Positions 38,419 to 47,539 of a DNA stretch of 64,000 bases are shown here, one piece after another. The position numbers were made by a program, and so were the translations under genes. The DNA lies in IMG/VR virus record IMGVR_UViG_3300017917_000952, positions 1 through 64,000 of that record; one strand, 5' to 3'. A model generated the notes under the pieces. That model had not been told where the DNA came from and did no database searches. It worked only from the letters and a program-made list of their open reading frames with translations. The stretch's first letter is position 1, and each line of letters begins with the position of its first letter.

Positions 38419-38643
38419 ATGCCCAACAGCATCCAATCTACAGATGTACTCATCGACGAGTACGAAGAAACAAACGAAGACGCCACAGAAGATTTTACCT
38501 TTGTTCTACATTCAGACGGTAGTTTAAAATCATTTTCTGTACCACAACATCTAATGGATGAGATTCCCGAAGAAGTTCAACTAATACTAGGGCTTTTTGG
38601 AATAGAAGATATACACCAACTTAACGATAGAACTATCCATTGA
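38419..38643 (+). CDS. Hypothetical acidic protein
   Basis: GGAG RBS, 74 aa. Confidence 0.65.
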   Translation: MPNSIQSTDVLIDEYEETNEDATEDFTFVLHSDGSLKSFSVPQHLMDEIPEEVQLILGLFGIEDIHQLNDRTIH

Positions 38644-38694
38644 CTTCAGTAAAACCACTTTTTGGTAAATACACTACAAAGTGGTTTATTGAGG
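38644..38694 (+). promoter_or_regulatory. Stem-loop with GTAAATA in the loop and the GAGG RBS in the 3' arm, upstream of the giant fibre gene
   Basis: AAACCACTTT (38652-61) pairs with AAAGTGGTTT (38678-87); the stem extends as CTTCAG/TTGAGG. Confidence 0.65.
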
Positions 38695-38701
38695 AAAATC
38701 A

Positions 38702-41700
38702 ATGTCTTTACAACTAATTAATTTAGGAGAAGGTGCGAACAGCGGCACCGGGGATAGCATCCTAACTGCGTTTCAAAAGGTAAACGATAACTTCGTTCAA
38801 ATTTACGGAACCGTAAATCCTTCGGAACTAAACTATGATGCCCTGGCTTCTATAATTTTAAACAACACATCGAGCTTTGTCTCACTGTTTTCTAGTCTCG
38901 GAATTACCGCAGATAATGTAAATTACGATTCCTTATTAGATCTACTTGAACTAAATTCCTCTACATTCGCAACATTTTTATCCGGGTTAGGCATTACCGG
39001 CACAACAATTTCTACTGCAACCTCTTTGAGTTCTGGACAATTAACACAGGTCCAGGGATTAATTGCAACTAGCACAGGTAGTATTGCCTTAAGATTTAAC
39101 CAGTTAGAAACCACATTTAACAATTCGTTAACCAACCTCAATAATGCAATTAATACCAAGGCTAGCATAAGCGACGTTAGCATTGCGATCAGTAACAGTA
39201 CAGCAAGTCTAGCCACACGAATCAGTGGACTACAAACCAACTTTACTCAACTACAAGGTTCATTAACTAACTTAACATCTGTTGTTAACACTAAGGCCAG
39301 CATCACTGATGTTCAGACCGCTGTAAGCAATAGCACAGCAAGTTTGGCAACAAGAATTAGTGGCCTACAAACTAACTTTACTCAATTACAAGGCTCGTTA
39401 ACTAACCTAACCTCTGTAATTAACAGTAAGGCCAGTATCACTGATGTGCAGACCGCTATCAGTAATGCAACCGCTAGTATTGCAATTAGAGTCAGTGGAC
39501 TCGAAACAAATTATACCAACGTCAACAATAGTTTAACCAACGTCGGTAACTGGATTAATATTGGTAGCAATGCTGCTATCGTAAATCTACAAAGTGCTAT
39601 CAGTAATAGCACAGCAAGTATTGCCACACAGATCAGTGGATTACAAACTAATTTTACACAAATACAAGGCTCATTAACTGGATTAACTTCAGTTATCAAC
39701 AGCAAAGCCAGCATTTCGGACGTACAAACTGCTATCAGTAATGCGACCGCAAGTATCGCAACTCGTGTTACAGGTCTTGAAACTAATTTCAGTGCTGTCA
39801 ACAACAGTTTAACCAATGTCGGCGTATGGGCCAACTTGACCAGCAACGCTGCGATTACCAATTTACAAACTGCAATTAGCAATAGCACAGCAAGTATTGC
39901 CACTCAGATCAGTGGGCTACAGACTAATTTCAATGCAGTCAGTAACAGCCTAACAAACGCAGGAACCTGGATTAATCTAACCAGCAACGCTGCGATTACC
40001 AATTTACAAAGTGCTATCAGTAATAGCACAGCAAGTATCGCCACACAGGTTAGTGGACTACAGACAAACTTCACCCAACTCGAAGGATCGTTAACTGGCC
40101 TAACATCTGTTGTTAACAGCAAGGCCAACATTACAGATGTTCAAACTGCTATCAGTAATGCGACTGCAAGTATCGCAACTCGAGTTAGCGGACTAGAAAC
40201 AAACTATACAAACGTATCTAACAGTCTAACTAATGCAGGCAGTTGGATCGATATCGGTAGCAACGCTGCTATCACCAATTTACAAAATTCTATTAGTAGT
40301 AGTACAGGTAGTTTTGCCACACAGATTAGTGGATTACAGACCAACTTCACCCAGCTCGAAGGGTCTCTAACAGGATTAACCTCTGTCGTTAACAGCAAGG
40401 CTAACATTACAGATGTTCAAACTGCTATCAGCAACGCAACCGCAAGTATTGCAACTAGGGTATCTGGTCTAGAGACCAATTACACCAGTGTTGATAACAG
40501 TCTAACTAATGCAGGAAATTGGATTAACTTAACTAGCAATGCTGCAATTACCAATTTACAAAATTCTATTAGTAGTAGTACAGGTAGTTTTGCTACACAG
40601 ATTAGTGGATTACAGACTAACTTTACTCAGTTAGAAGGATCTCTAACAGGATTAACTTCTGTTGTCAGTACTAAGGCCAGCATAACAGATGTTCAAACTG
40701 CTATCAGCAATAGCACAGCAAGTTTGGCGTCAAGGACATCTAGCCTAGAGACTAACTTTACAAATGTTAATAACAGTTTGACCAACGTCGGCGATTGGGC
40801 TAATATCAGTACCAACGCTGCAATTACAAACCTACAAACTGCAATCAGCAATAGTACTGGTAGTTTGGCAACACAGGTAAGCGGCCTACAGACCCAATAT
40901 AATGACCTGGCTAATTCTGTTACTACGTTCTCGACTTACACTCAAGAAGTTATCAGCATCAGCAACAGTTTTACCAGTGTTCTAACCAGTATCAACAATC
41001 TGCAGACTGCGTTTAATACGTTATCGACCGGTACAGGTGCAACTGTAGAATATGTTGACACCGCAATTAGTAATAGCACAGGTAGTTTTGCTAGTACGCT
41101 GAATACTCTTCAGACTAACTTTAATACCGTACAGAACACACTGACTAATATTAACAATAGTCTAACAAACATTGGCAATTGGTCGAATCTTGCTAACAAT
41201 TCTGCAATTACAGGTATTAACAACAGTTTGACCAATGTTGGCACATGGGCAGATATTCAAAACAACCTTGCTATTTTAGGCATTAACAACAGTTTAACCA
41301 ATGTCGGTAACTGGGTCAATTTAAGTAGCAATGCTGCGATTACAAACCTACAAACTGCAATCAGCAACAGTACTGGTAGTTTAGCCAGCAGTGTTAACGC
41401 TTTACAGACAAGTTTCAGTTCACAACAGAGCACAATTAATGACCTAAACAATACATTAACCAATGTTAATAACAGTCTAACTAATTTGAATAATAGTTTG
41501 ACTAATGTAGCAACATGGGTCAATTTAAGTAGCAATGCTGCGATCACAAACCTACAAACTGCAATCAGCAACAGCACCGCAAGTATCGCATCAACTGTTA
41601 ACACACTACAGACAAACTATACCAGCCAACAGACTACTATTAATGCAATTAATAACACCCTGACAAACGTTAATAACAGTCTAACTAATTTGAATAATAG

Positions 41701-44700
41701 TTTGACTAACGTAGCAACATGGGTTAACCTCAGTAGTAATGCTGCGATTACTAATTTACAGAACGCGATTAGTGCAAGCACAGGTAGTTTGGCTACAACT
41801 GTTAACACCCTACAGACTAACTTCTCAACCCAACAGGGAACCATTACTGGTCTTCAAGGTAGTTTAACCAATGTTCTAAATACTCTAACTGACATCAACA
41901 ACAGTTTGACCAACGTTGGTACCTGGGCTAACCTATCGACCAATGCTGCTATTACTAATCTGCAGACTTCTATTAGTAACAGCACAGGCAGTTTAGCATC
42001 TTCTGTTAATACACTACAGACAAATTATAACAGTCAACAGGCAACAATAACCAATATCAACAACAGTTTGACCAACGTTGGTACCTGGGCTAACCTATCG
42101 ACCAATGCTGCTATTACTAATCTGCAGACTGCAATCAGCAATAGCACTGGTAGTTTGGCTACCAGAACTTCTGCCCTTGAAACAAACTTTACAAATGTTA
42201 ACAACAGTTTAACCACGGTTGGTACTTGGGCTAACTTGAGTAATAACGCTGCGATCACAAACTTACAGACTGCTATCAGTAACAGCACCGCAAGTTTAGC
42301 CAGCAGTGTAAGCACTCTACAGACAAACTTCACAAGTCAACAGAGCTCGTTAACCAATATCAACAATAGTTTGACTAACGTGGGCGCATGGACTGGTATT
42401 AACGGCTCTATTACAAACATTAACAACAGTTTAACTAACGTCGGTTCGTGGGCTAACTTGAGCACCAACGCTGCAATTACTAACCTACAGACTGCTATCA
42501 GTAATAGCACTGCAAGTTTAGCGACAAGAGTAACTGGTCTTGAAACTAGTGCAACTTCTTTCAACGGGTCTATTGTAAACATCAACAACAGTCTAACTGG
42601 TATTGTAAGTTTAACAACTACCAAGGCTTCTATTAGTTACGTTGATACAGCAATTAGCAATAGTACTGCGAGCCTTGCAACAAGCGTAAGTACCCTACAG
42701 ACAAATTATACAAGTCAGCAGAGTTCGTTAACTAATATCAACAATAGTTTAACCAACGTTGGTAACTGGGCTAACTTGAGCAATAATGCTGCAATTACGA
42801 ACCTACAGACTGCAATTAGTAACAGTACTGCAAGTTTGGCCAGCAGTGTGAGCACACTACAGACTCAGTATACAAATCAACAGAGCTCGTTGACTAATAT
42901 CAACAATAGTTTAACCAACGTTGGTAACTGGGCTAACCTGAGCAATAATGCTGCAATCACAAACCTACAGACTGCAATTAGTAACAGTACTGCAAGTTTG
43001 GCAACAAGAACATCAAGTCTAGAAACTAACTTTACTAACTTGAACAGTTCGTTGACCAACGTGGGCGTATGGACTGGTATTAACAACAGCCTAACATCCA
43101 TTGTTAACCTAACTACAACTAAGGCTACGATCAGTTACGTTGACAATGCGGTAAGTGGCAGCACTTCGAGTTTAGCATCTAGTGTAAGTACCTTACAGAC
43201 AAACTATACAAATCAACAGACTTCTATTACCAACATCAGTGGTAGTTTAACTAACATTGTCAGTAACATTGCAACCAATTATGCAACTATTACTACAATG
43301 AACACTGCTATCAGTAATAGTACTGCGAGCTTGGCATCTAGAGCATCTACTCTAGAAACAAACTATACTAACCTGAATAGTTCGTTAACCAACGTAGGTG
43401 TATGGACTGGTATTAATAATAGTTTAACATCTATTGTTGCCATAACAACTTCTAAGGCCACGATCAGTTACGTCGATACTGCTGTAAGCAATAGCACTGC
43501 TTCTTTTGCAACCAGAATCAGCAATATCGAAACTGTTAATACTAACCAAGCGAACTCGTTAACCAACGTGGGCGTATGGAGTGGTATCAACAACAGTTTA
43601 ACATCTATTGTTTCGCTAACTACAACCAAGGCAAGTATCAGTTATGTTGACACTGCTGTAAGCAATAGCACCGGTAGTTTTGCAACTCGTGTTTCAAATA
43701 TTGAAAGTAGTGCAACAACATTTAACACTGCTATTGGTAATATCAATAACTCTTTAACAAACTTTAATACTTCCTTGAATACCAAGGCAAGTATTACCTA
43801 TGTGGACACTGCTGTAAGTAACAGCACTGCGTCTTTTGCTACTCGAGTTACAAACATCGAAACTGTTAATACTAACCAAGCCAGTTCTCTAACTAACTTC
43901 GGTAATAGTTTAACTAACGTAGGTGTTTGGACTGGTATTAACAACAGTTTAACATCTATTGTTGCTCTAACTACAACCAAGGCAAGTATCAGTTATGTTG
44001 ACACTGCTGTAAGCAATAGCACCGGCAGTTTTGCTACTCGTATCAGTAACATCGAAACTGTTAATACTAACCAAGCGAACTCGTTAACCAACGTGGGTGT
44101 TTGGACCGGTATTAATAACTCGTTGACTTCGATTGTTGCAATAACAACAACAAAGGCTACCATCAGTTATGTTGACACTGCTGTAAGTAATAGCACAGGA
44201 TCGTTTGCTACTCGTATTAGCAATATTGAAACAGTTAATACTAATCAGGCAAGTTCGTTAACCAACATCAATAACACCCTAGGTACCAAGGCATCTATTA
44301 CCTATGTTGATACTGCTGTAAGTAGTAGTACCGCTAGCCTGGCAACCAGTGTTCAAACACTAACCAGCAACTACAATGGTCTAAGTGCTACAATCCAAAC
44401 ACAGCAAAGTACTATTAACGGATTAACTGCTACCTATAGTGTAACTGTTAATAGCAACGGTGCAGTAAGCGGATTTAAGTTAAACAGCAACGGAACAACA
44501 TCTTCGTTTATTGTTCAAGCCGACCAGTTTAAGATTTACACATCAACCGGCGCGGCCGCACCGTTCAGTGTAAGCGGTAATACTGTCACAATGTCTAACG
44601 TAAACATCACCGGTGGTGTTAGTGCTAGTGCTATTCAGGCTGGTACCATTAGCGTCGGAGTTAAGATTCAATCTTCAGACGGTAAATTCGTCATTGACTT

Positions 44701-44731
44701 TGCTAATAAATACATCCAAATTAGTGTCTAA
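38702..44731 (+). CDS. 2009-aa repeat-rich tail fibre with a C-terminal gpJ/DUF1983-like segment
   Basis: N-terminal LINLGEGANSGTGDSILTAFQKVNDNF fibre-anchor motif; dozens of 45/47-aa repeats; C-terminal TYSVTVNSNGAVSGF...FIVQADQFKI resembles lambda J DUF1983. Confidence 0.85.
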   Translation: MSLQLINLGEGANSGTGDSILTAFQKVNDNFVQIYGTVNPSELNYDALASIILNNTSSFVSLFSSLGITADNVNYDSLLDLLELNSSTFATFLSGLGITGTTISTATSLSSGQLTQVQGLIATSTGSIALRFNQLETTFNNSLTNLNNAINTKASISDVSIAISNSTASLATRISGLQTNFTQLQGSLTNLTSVVNTKASITDVQTAVSNSTASLATRISGLQTNFTQLQGSLTNLTSVINSKASITDVQTAISNATASIAIRVSGLETNYTNVNNSLTNVGNWINIGSNAAIVNLQSAISNSTASIATQISGLQTNFTQIQGSLTGLTSVINSKASISDVQTAISNATASIATRVTGLETNFSAVNNSLTNVGVWANLTSNAAITNLQTAISNSTASIATQISGLQTNFNAVSNSLTNAGTWINLTSNAAITNLQSAISNSTASIATQVSGLQTNFTQLEGSLTGLTSVVNSKANITDVQTAISNATASIATRVSGLETNYTNVSNSLTNAGSWIDIGSNAAITNLQNSISSSTGSFATQISGLQTNFTQLEGSLTGLTSVVNSKANITDVQTAISNATASIATRVSGLETNYTSVDNSLTNAGNWINLTSNAAITNLQNSISSSTGSFATQISGLQTNFTQLEGSLTGLTSVVSTKASITDVQTAISNSTASLASRTSSLETNFTNVNNSLTNVGDWANISTNAAITNLQTAISNSTGSLATQVSGLQTQYNDLANSVTTFSTYTQEVISISNSFTSVLTSINNLQTAFNTLSTGTGATVEYVDTAISNSTGSFASTLNTLQTNFNTVQNTLTNINNSLTNIGNWSNLANNSAITGINNSLTNVGTWADIQNNLAILGINNSLTNVGNWVNLSSNAAITNLQTAISNSTGSLASSVNALQTSFSSQQSTINDLNNTLTNVNNSLTNLNNSLTNVATWVNLSSNAAITNLQTAISNSTASIASTVNTLQTNYTSQQTTINAINNTLTNVNNSLTNLNNSLTNVATWVNLSSNAAITNLQNAISASTGSLATTVNTLQTNFSTQQGTITGLQGSLTNVLNTLTDINNSLTNVGTWANLSTNAAITNLQTSISNSTGSLASSVNTLQTNYNSQQATITNINNSLTNVGTWANLSTNAAITNLQTAISNSTGSLATRTSALETNFTNVNNSLTTVGTWANLSNNAAITNLQTAISNSTASLASSVSTLQTNFTSQQSSLTNINNSLTNVGAWTGINGSITNINNSLTNVGSWANLSTNAAITNLQTAISNSTASLATRVTGLETSATSFNGSIVNINNSLTGIVSLTTTKASISYVDTAISNSTASLATSVSTLQTNYTSQQSSLTNINNSLTNVGNWANLSNNAAITNLQTAISNSTASLASSVSTLQTQYTNQQSSLTNINNSLTNVGNWANLSNNAAITNLQTAISNSTASLATRTSSLETNFTNLNSSLTNVGVWTGINNSLTSIVNLTTTKATISYVDNAVSGSTSSLASSVSTLQTNYTNQQTSITNISGSLTNIVSNIATNYATITTMNTAISNSTASLASRASTLETNYTNLNSSLTNVGVWTGINNSLTSIVAITTSKATISYVDTAVSNSTASFATRISNIETVNTNQANSLTNVGVWSGINNSLTSIVSLTTTKASISYVDTAVSNSTGSFATRVSNIESSATTFNTAIGNINNSLTNFNTSLNTKASITYVDTAVSNSTASFATRVTNIETVNTNQASSLTNFGNSLTNVGVWTGINNSLTSIVALTTTKASISYVDTAVSNSTGSFATRISNIETVNTNQANSLTNVGVWTGINNSLTSIVAITTTKATISYVDTAVSNSTGSFATRISNIETVNTNQASSLTNINNTLGTKASITYVDTAVSSSTASLATSVQTLTSNYNGLSATIQTQQSTINGLTATYSVTVNSNGAVSGFKLNSNGTTSSFIVQADQFKIYTSTGAAAPFSVSGNTVTMSNVNITGGVSASAIQAGTISVGVKIQSSDGKFVIDFANKYIQISV
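39120..44400 (+). repeat. Coding tandem repeat array (135/141-nt units)
   Basis: Recurring AISNSTAS(L/I)A..SGL(Q/E)TN(F/Y)T..NNSLTN units; 135-nt spacing checked at 39191 and 39326; boundaries approximate. Confidence 0.85.
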
Positions 44732-44742
44732 TAAGGAATAAA

Positions 44743-45384
44743 ATGTTCGGAATCGAAATACCAACTATAATCAGAGATGCCTGTGCCGCTAACGGTAATC
44801 AGGGTTATCTTGTAAACAACTTCGGAAAGATAGGGTTTTCACCAACTTTTACCGAAAACAAGACCGTGGCCATTATCAAAACTAATCACAACGATATGTC
44901 TATACCAGATGACATTCGTGCAGAGATGAACGAAAGAAATTTAATTTACACTATCATCGGAGAAAACAAAGATAACAGTAAAAGTTACCTTCCAGATAGA
45001 TATCTAGAAAAAGTTGGTTACGAAAATAGACTTTACATCTATGGAGTAAATGATTGCTACACGTTGTTAAGAGATTATTTCAGAGACAAGTACAACGCCT
45101 ACTTACCGTCAAACATTGACCGATCTTTCGGATGGTGGTTTATGGGACAAAGTTTGTATGTAGACAACTACTCCGAGTTCGGATTTAAAGAGACTAAAGA
45201 CTTTATTCGAAAAGACGATGTCCTATTGTTTAAATTTGAATCTGGTACTCCTAGCCATACTGCTATCTATATGGGCGACGGAATGATGTTGCACCACATG
45301 TTAGGTCGCTTCAGTTGTATAGAGCCCTACGACGGTACCTATAAAATGAACTTAGTTGGGGTCTTTAGGCATGGGTCAGTCTAA
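44743..45384 (+). CDS. NlpC/P60 tail assembly protein (lambda gpK-like)
   Basis: YGVNDCYTLLRDYF (catalytic Cys), SHTAIYMGDGMMLHH. Confidence 0.85.
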   Translation: MFGIEIPTIIRDACAANGNQGYLVNNFGKIGFSPTFTENKTVAIIKTNHNDMSIPDDIRAEMNERNLIYTIIGENKDNSKSYLPDRYLEKVGYENRLYIYGVNDCYTLLRDYFRDKYNAYLPSNIDRSFGWWFMGQSLYVDNYSEFGFKETKDFIRKDDVLLFKFESGTPSHTAIYMGDGMMLHHMLGRFSCIEPYDGTYKMNLVGVFRHGSV

Positions 45385-46408
45385 TCTCGTTAATTTAGAC
45401 ACTACAACTCTTGCAACAGGCTCAACTGCGTCTGCAAAAAAGAGTTTGTATGTAGGTAATTACGGAGGAACTACACCTGCGGTGGCTATCTACGGTGGCG
45501 AAGATGCTAGTGTCGTCGCTAATCCTACAGCAAACTTTGATAAACTGTTCTTCCATACTAACTTCGATTATCTTAGAATTAAGTCTGCGATAAGTTTTAA
45601 CATTTCGCTACCAACAAGATCAACTAGATCGTCTGGGGGAGGAAAGAAGGGTGGTTCTCAATTAACTAGTTATAATGGTTATTCTGATCGGTACATCCAT
45701 CAACACAACTACGGTTCGCCGCCGCCGGCATTTAGTATTGTGCTAGACAACGATCCGGCTAACGGATCGTACGCAGGTATGGCCTTAGCAGGTAGCGTTC
45801 CTATTCAGTATCTAAGCAATAACAGTTTTAGATTGGCTGTTGCATATTCAACCGATACTTACCTTGTTATTAGAGAACGCTATCAAGTTTATCAACAAGA
45901 ATTGGCCGCAATAACATTAAAGGCCACTGCTTACTTCTATAATAATCCAACTAACGTACAGGCTCTTAATGCTATGTCTGTACTTCATAGTCCGTTAACG
46001 TTTAACGATGTTGTTCCTTATAATGGTCAGCGAGGCAATGTCTATACCAATAGTGTAACTTTTACAAGCCAACAGGGCTCAACATTTAATCAGGTAGAGG
46101 TGTTAAGATTTGGGGGCGGAGTACCAGGAGACCCGGCAAAAAATCCTTTTAAGATTAAAACAATCAATGGTAGTGCAGTAACTCCATTTGATCCGTACTT
46201 TACATGGACAACTTATTCTTTTGGTTCTCAACAGACAAGTTTTAGTATGGGTATAGAGATTAAAGACATAGCAAGCAGTGTGGCTATTGGAAAGAACAAA
46301 TATGTGTACTATACACCTCGTTGGTACGCTAGATTTACAAATACCGTAACAGGTCAAACATTTACAGATTCTTGGGGAGGAGTGGTAAGTTTCTACATCT
46401 TACCTTAA
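45371..46408 (+). CDS. Putative tail-tip/fibre-associated structural protein
   Basis: Beta-rich G/S/T/Y composition, located in the tail module. Confidence 0.6.
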   Translation: MGQSNLVNLDTTTLATGSTASAKKSLYVGNYGGTTPAVAIYGGEDASVVANPTANFDKLFFHTNFDYLRIKSAISFNISLPTRSTRSSGGGKKGGSQLTSYNGYSDRYIHQHNYGSPPPAFSIVLDNDPANGSYAGMALAGSVPIQYLSNNSFRLAVAYSTDTYLVIRERYQVYQQELAAITLKATAYFYNNPTNVQALNAMSVLHSPLTFNDVVPYNGQRGNVYTNSVTFTSQQGSTFNQVEVLRFGGGVPGDPAKNPFKIKTINGSAVTPFDPYFTWTTYSFGSQQTSFSMGIEIKDIASSVAIGKNKYVYYTPRWYARFTNTVTGQTFTDSWGGVVSFYILP

Positions 46409-46414
46409 AAAATT

Positions 46415-46756
46415 ATGGCAGATACATTTCAACTTCGCATTGAACCAGGAGTGTTCAGTGTTACTCGAGTTTCAAACGGTGAGAAAATATTCAGCACCGA
46501 CTACAACTATCTCTATTACGACCCAACAGGCGCAATTAAATTTCCAGTAGGCCAGACTATGAAAGGTGCAGGCGGGAATCTAACTTGGCAATTTAACGGC
46601 GTTCAGCATACAATTGCAAATACCTACTACCCCGCTGGGGCGCAAGATTTTAACACATACCTAATTCCTCTAACGGCACTAAACCCAGGAATTACAGCAA
46701 GCACATTTACACCTGTAGAAGTTACAAACGTCGAAGGAAGCTCAGCAGGGGTATAA
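46415..46756 (+). CDS. Putative tail structural protein
   Basis: Tail module context; KIFSTDYNYL motif shared with neighbours. Confidence 0.55.
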   Translation: MADTFQLRIEPGVFSVTRVSNGEKIFSTDYNYLYYDPTGAIKFPVGQTMKGAGGNLTWQFNGVQHTIANTYYPAGAQDFNTYLIPLTALNPGITASTFTPVEVTNVEGSSAGV

Positions 46757-46759
46757 TCA

Positions 46760-47287
46760 ATGGCAAATACTTTTTACGCTAATAATAACAGCATCGAAAT
46801 TAACAATGCTACGCAGACTATCTTCAGTACTAACAGAAGAATGCCGCACATTGTCAGCGCTGTCTCTGGCACATTTAACTCCACTGATGCTGCAATAACA
46901 TCAAGCTCTAGCGGAGTATTTGTTAATACAACGACAGATACTTATGTTGCTAACAGTGCAAATTATAAATTTGCAGATTCTTTCGTATGGGCTTGGATGA
47001 AGATAACTACAAACGCAAACAGAACAGACTTAGACATAGGTAATCCAATTTTCTTAACAGGTTCTGTTCTGCTAAGATTTTATATCGGTAATAGTTCGTT
47101 GCGAGGAAGTTATATTCTAACACCTATGATATTCAATGGTAGTATTGGATTTAGAGAAGAATGGAACTTTGCAAATAACAATATTACAAACCCACCGGGT
47201 GGTCTATACGCAACGGACCTGGCAGAAACAAACGGTAACTTAGGTCTTACCTATAGTTACACTATATACTATGGAAGATTCATATGA
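46760..47287 (+). CDS. Putative tail structural protein
   Basis: Tail module context; TIFSTN motif; N/S/T-rich. Confidence 0.55.
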   Translation: MANTFYANNNSIEINNATQTIFSTNRRMPHIVSAVSGTFNSTDAAITSSSSGVFVNTTTDTYVANSANYKFADSFVWAWMKITTNANRTDLDIGNPIFLTGSVLLRFYIGNSSLRGSYILTPMIFNGSIGFREEWNFANNNITNPPGGLYATDLAETNGNLGLTYSYTIYYGRFI

Positions 47288-47529
47288 AAACAATTAACAT
47301 TCAAACTATTGCTGTAGAGTTTCCTAATCAGGTAACCAAAGTAACTTTGCAAGTTGTAGAGACTACAGGTATTATTACAAAGGTAACTGATACATTAACA
47401 TTAAACGTTCCCGGAATTTATCAAAGTTTAAATTCTGAACTTTACAATATTGTACTAACAGAACTAGTAAATGCCGGTTACGACATACAAGCAGGTGTCC
47501 CGGGCGACCAGCCGACCCAGACACAATAA
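47284..47529 (+). CDS. Small tail-associated protein, possibly a chaperone
   Basis: ATGA-coupled 81-aa ORF ending the fibre operon. Confidence 0.5.
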   Translation: MKTINIQTIAVEFPNQVTKVTLQVVETTGIITKVTDTLTLNVPGIYQSLNSELYNIVLTELVNAGYDIQAGVPGDQPTQTQ

Positions 47530-47539
47530 ATAGTATGTT

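Noticed and set aside
38923-43980. Many Leu/Val/Ala-rich minus-strand ORFs inside the giant fibre gene
   Set aside because: They are antisense shadows of the repetitive Asn/Ser/Thr codons, with no RBS or independent motifs.
39120-44400. Repeat array as a CRISPR array or DGR template/variable repeat
   Set aside because: The units are in-frame coding repeats with synonymous divergence. There are no identical direct repeats with unique spacers, and no cas or reverse transcriptase gene in the window.
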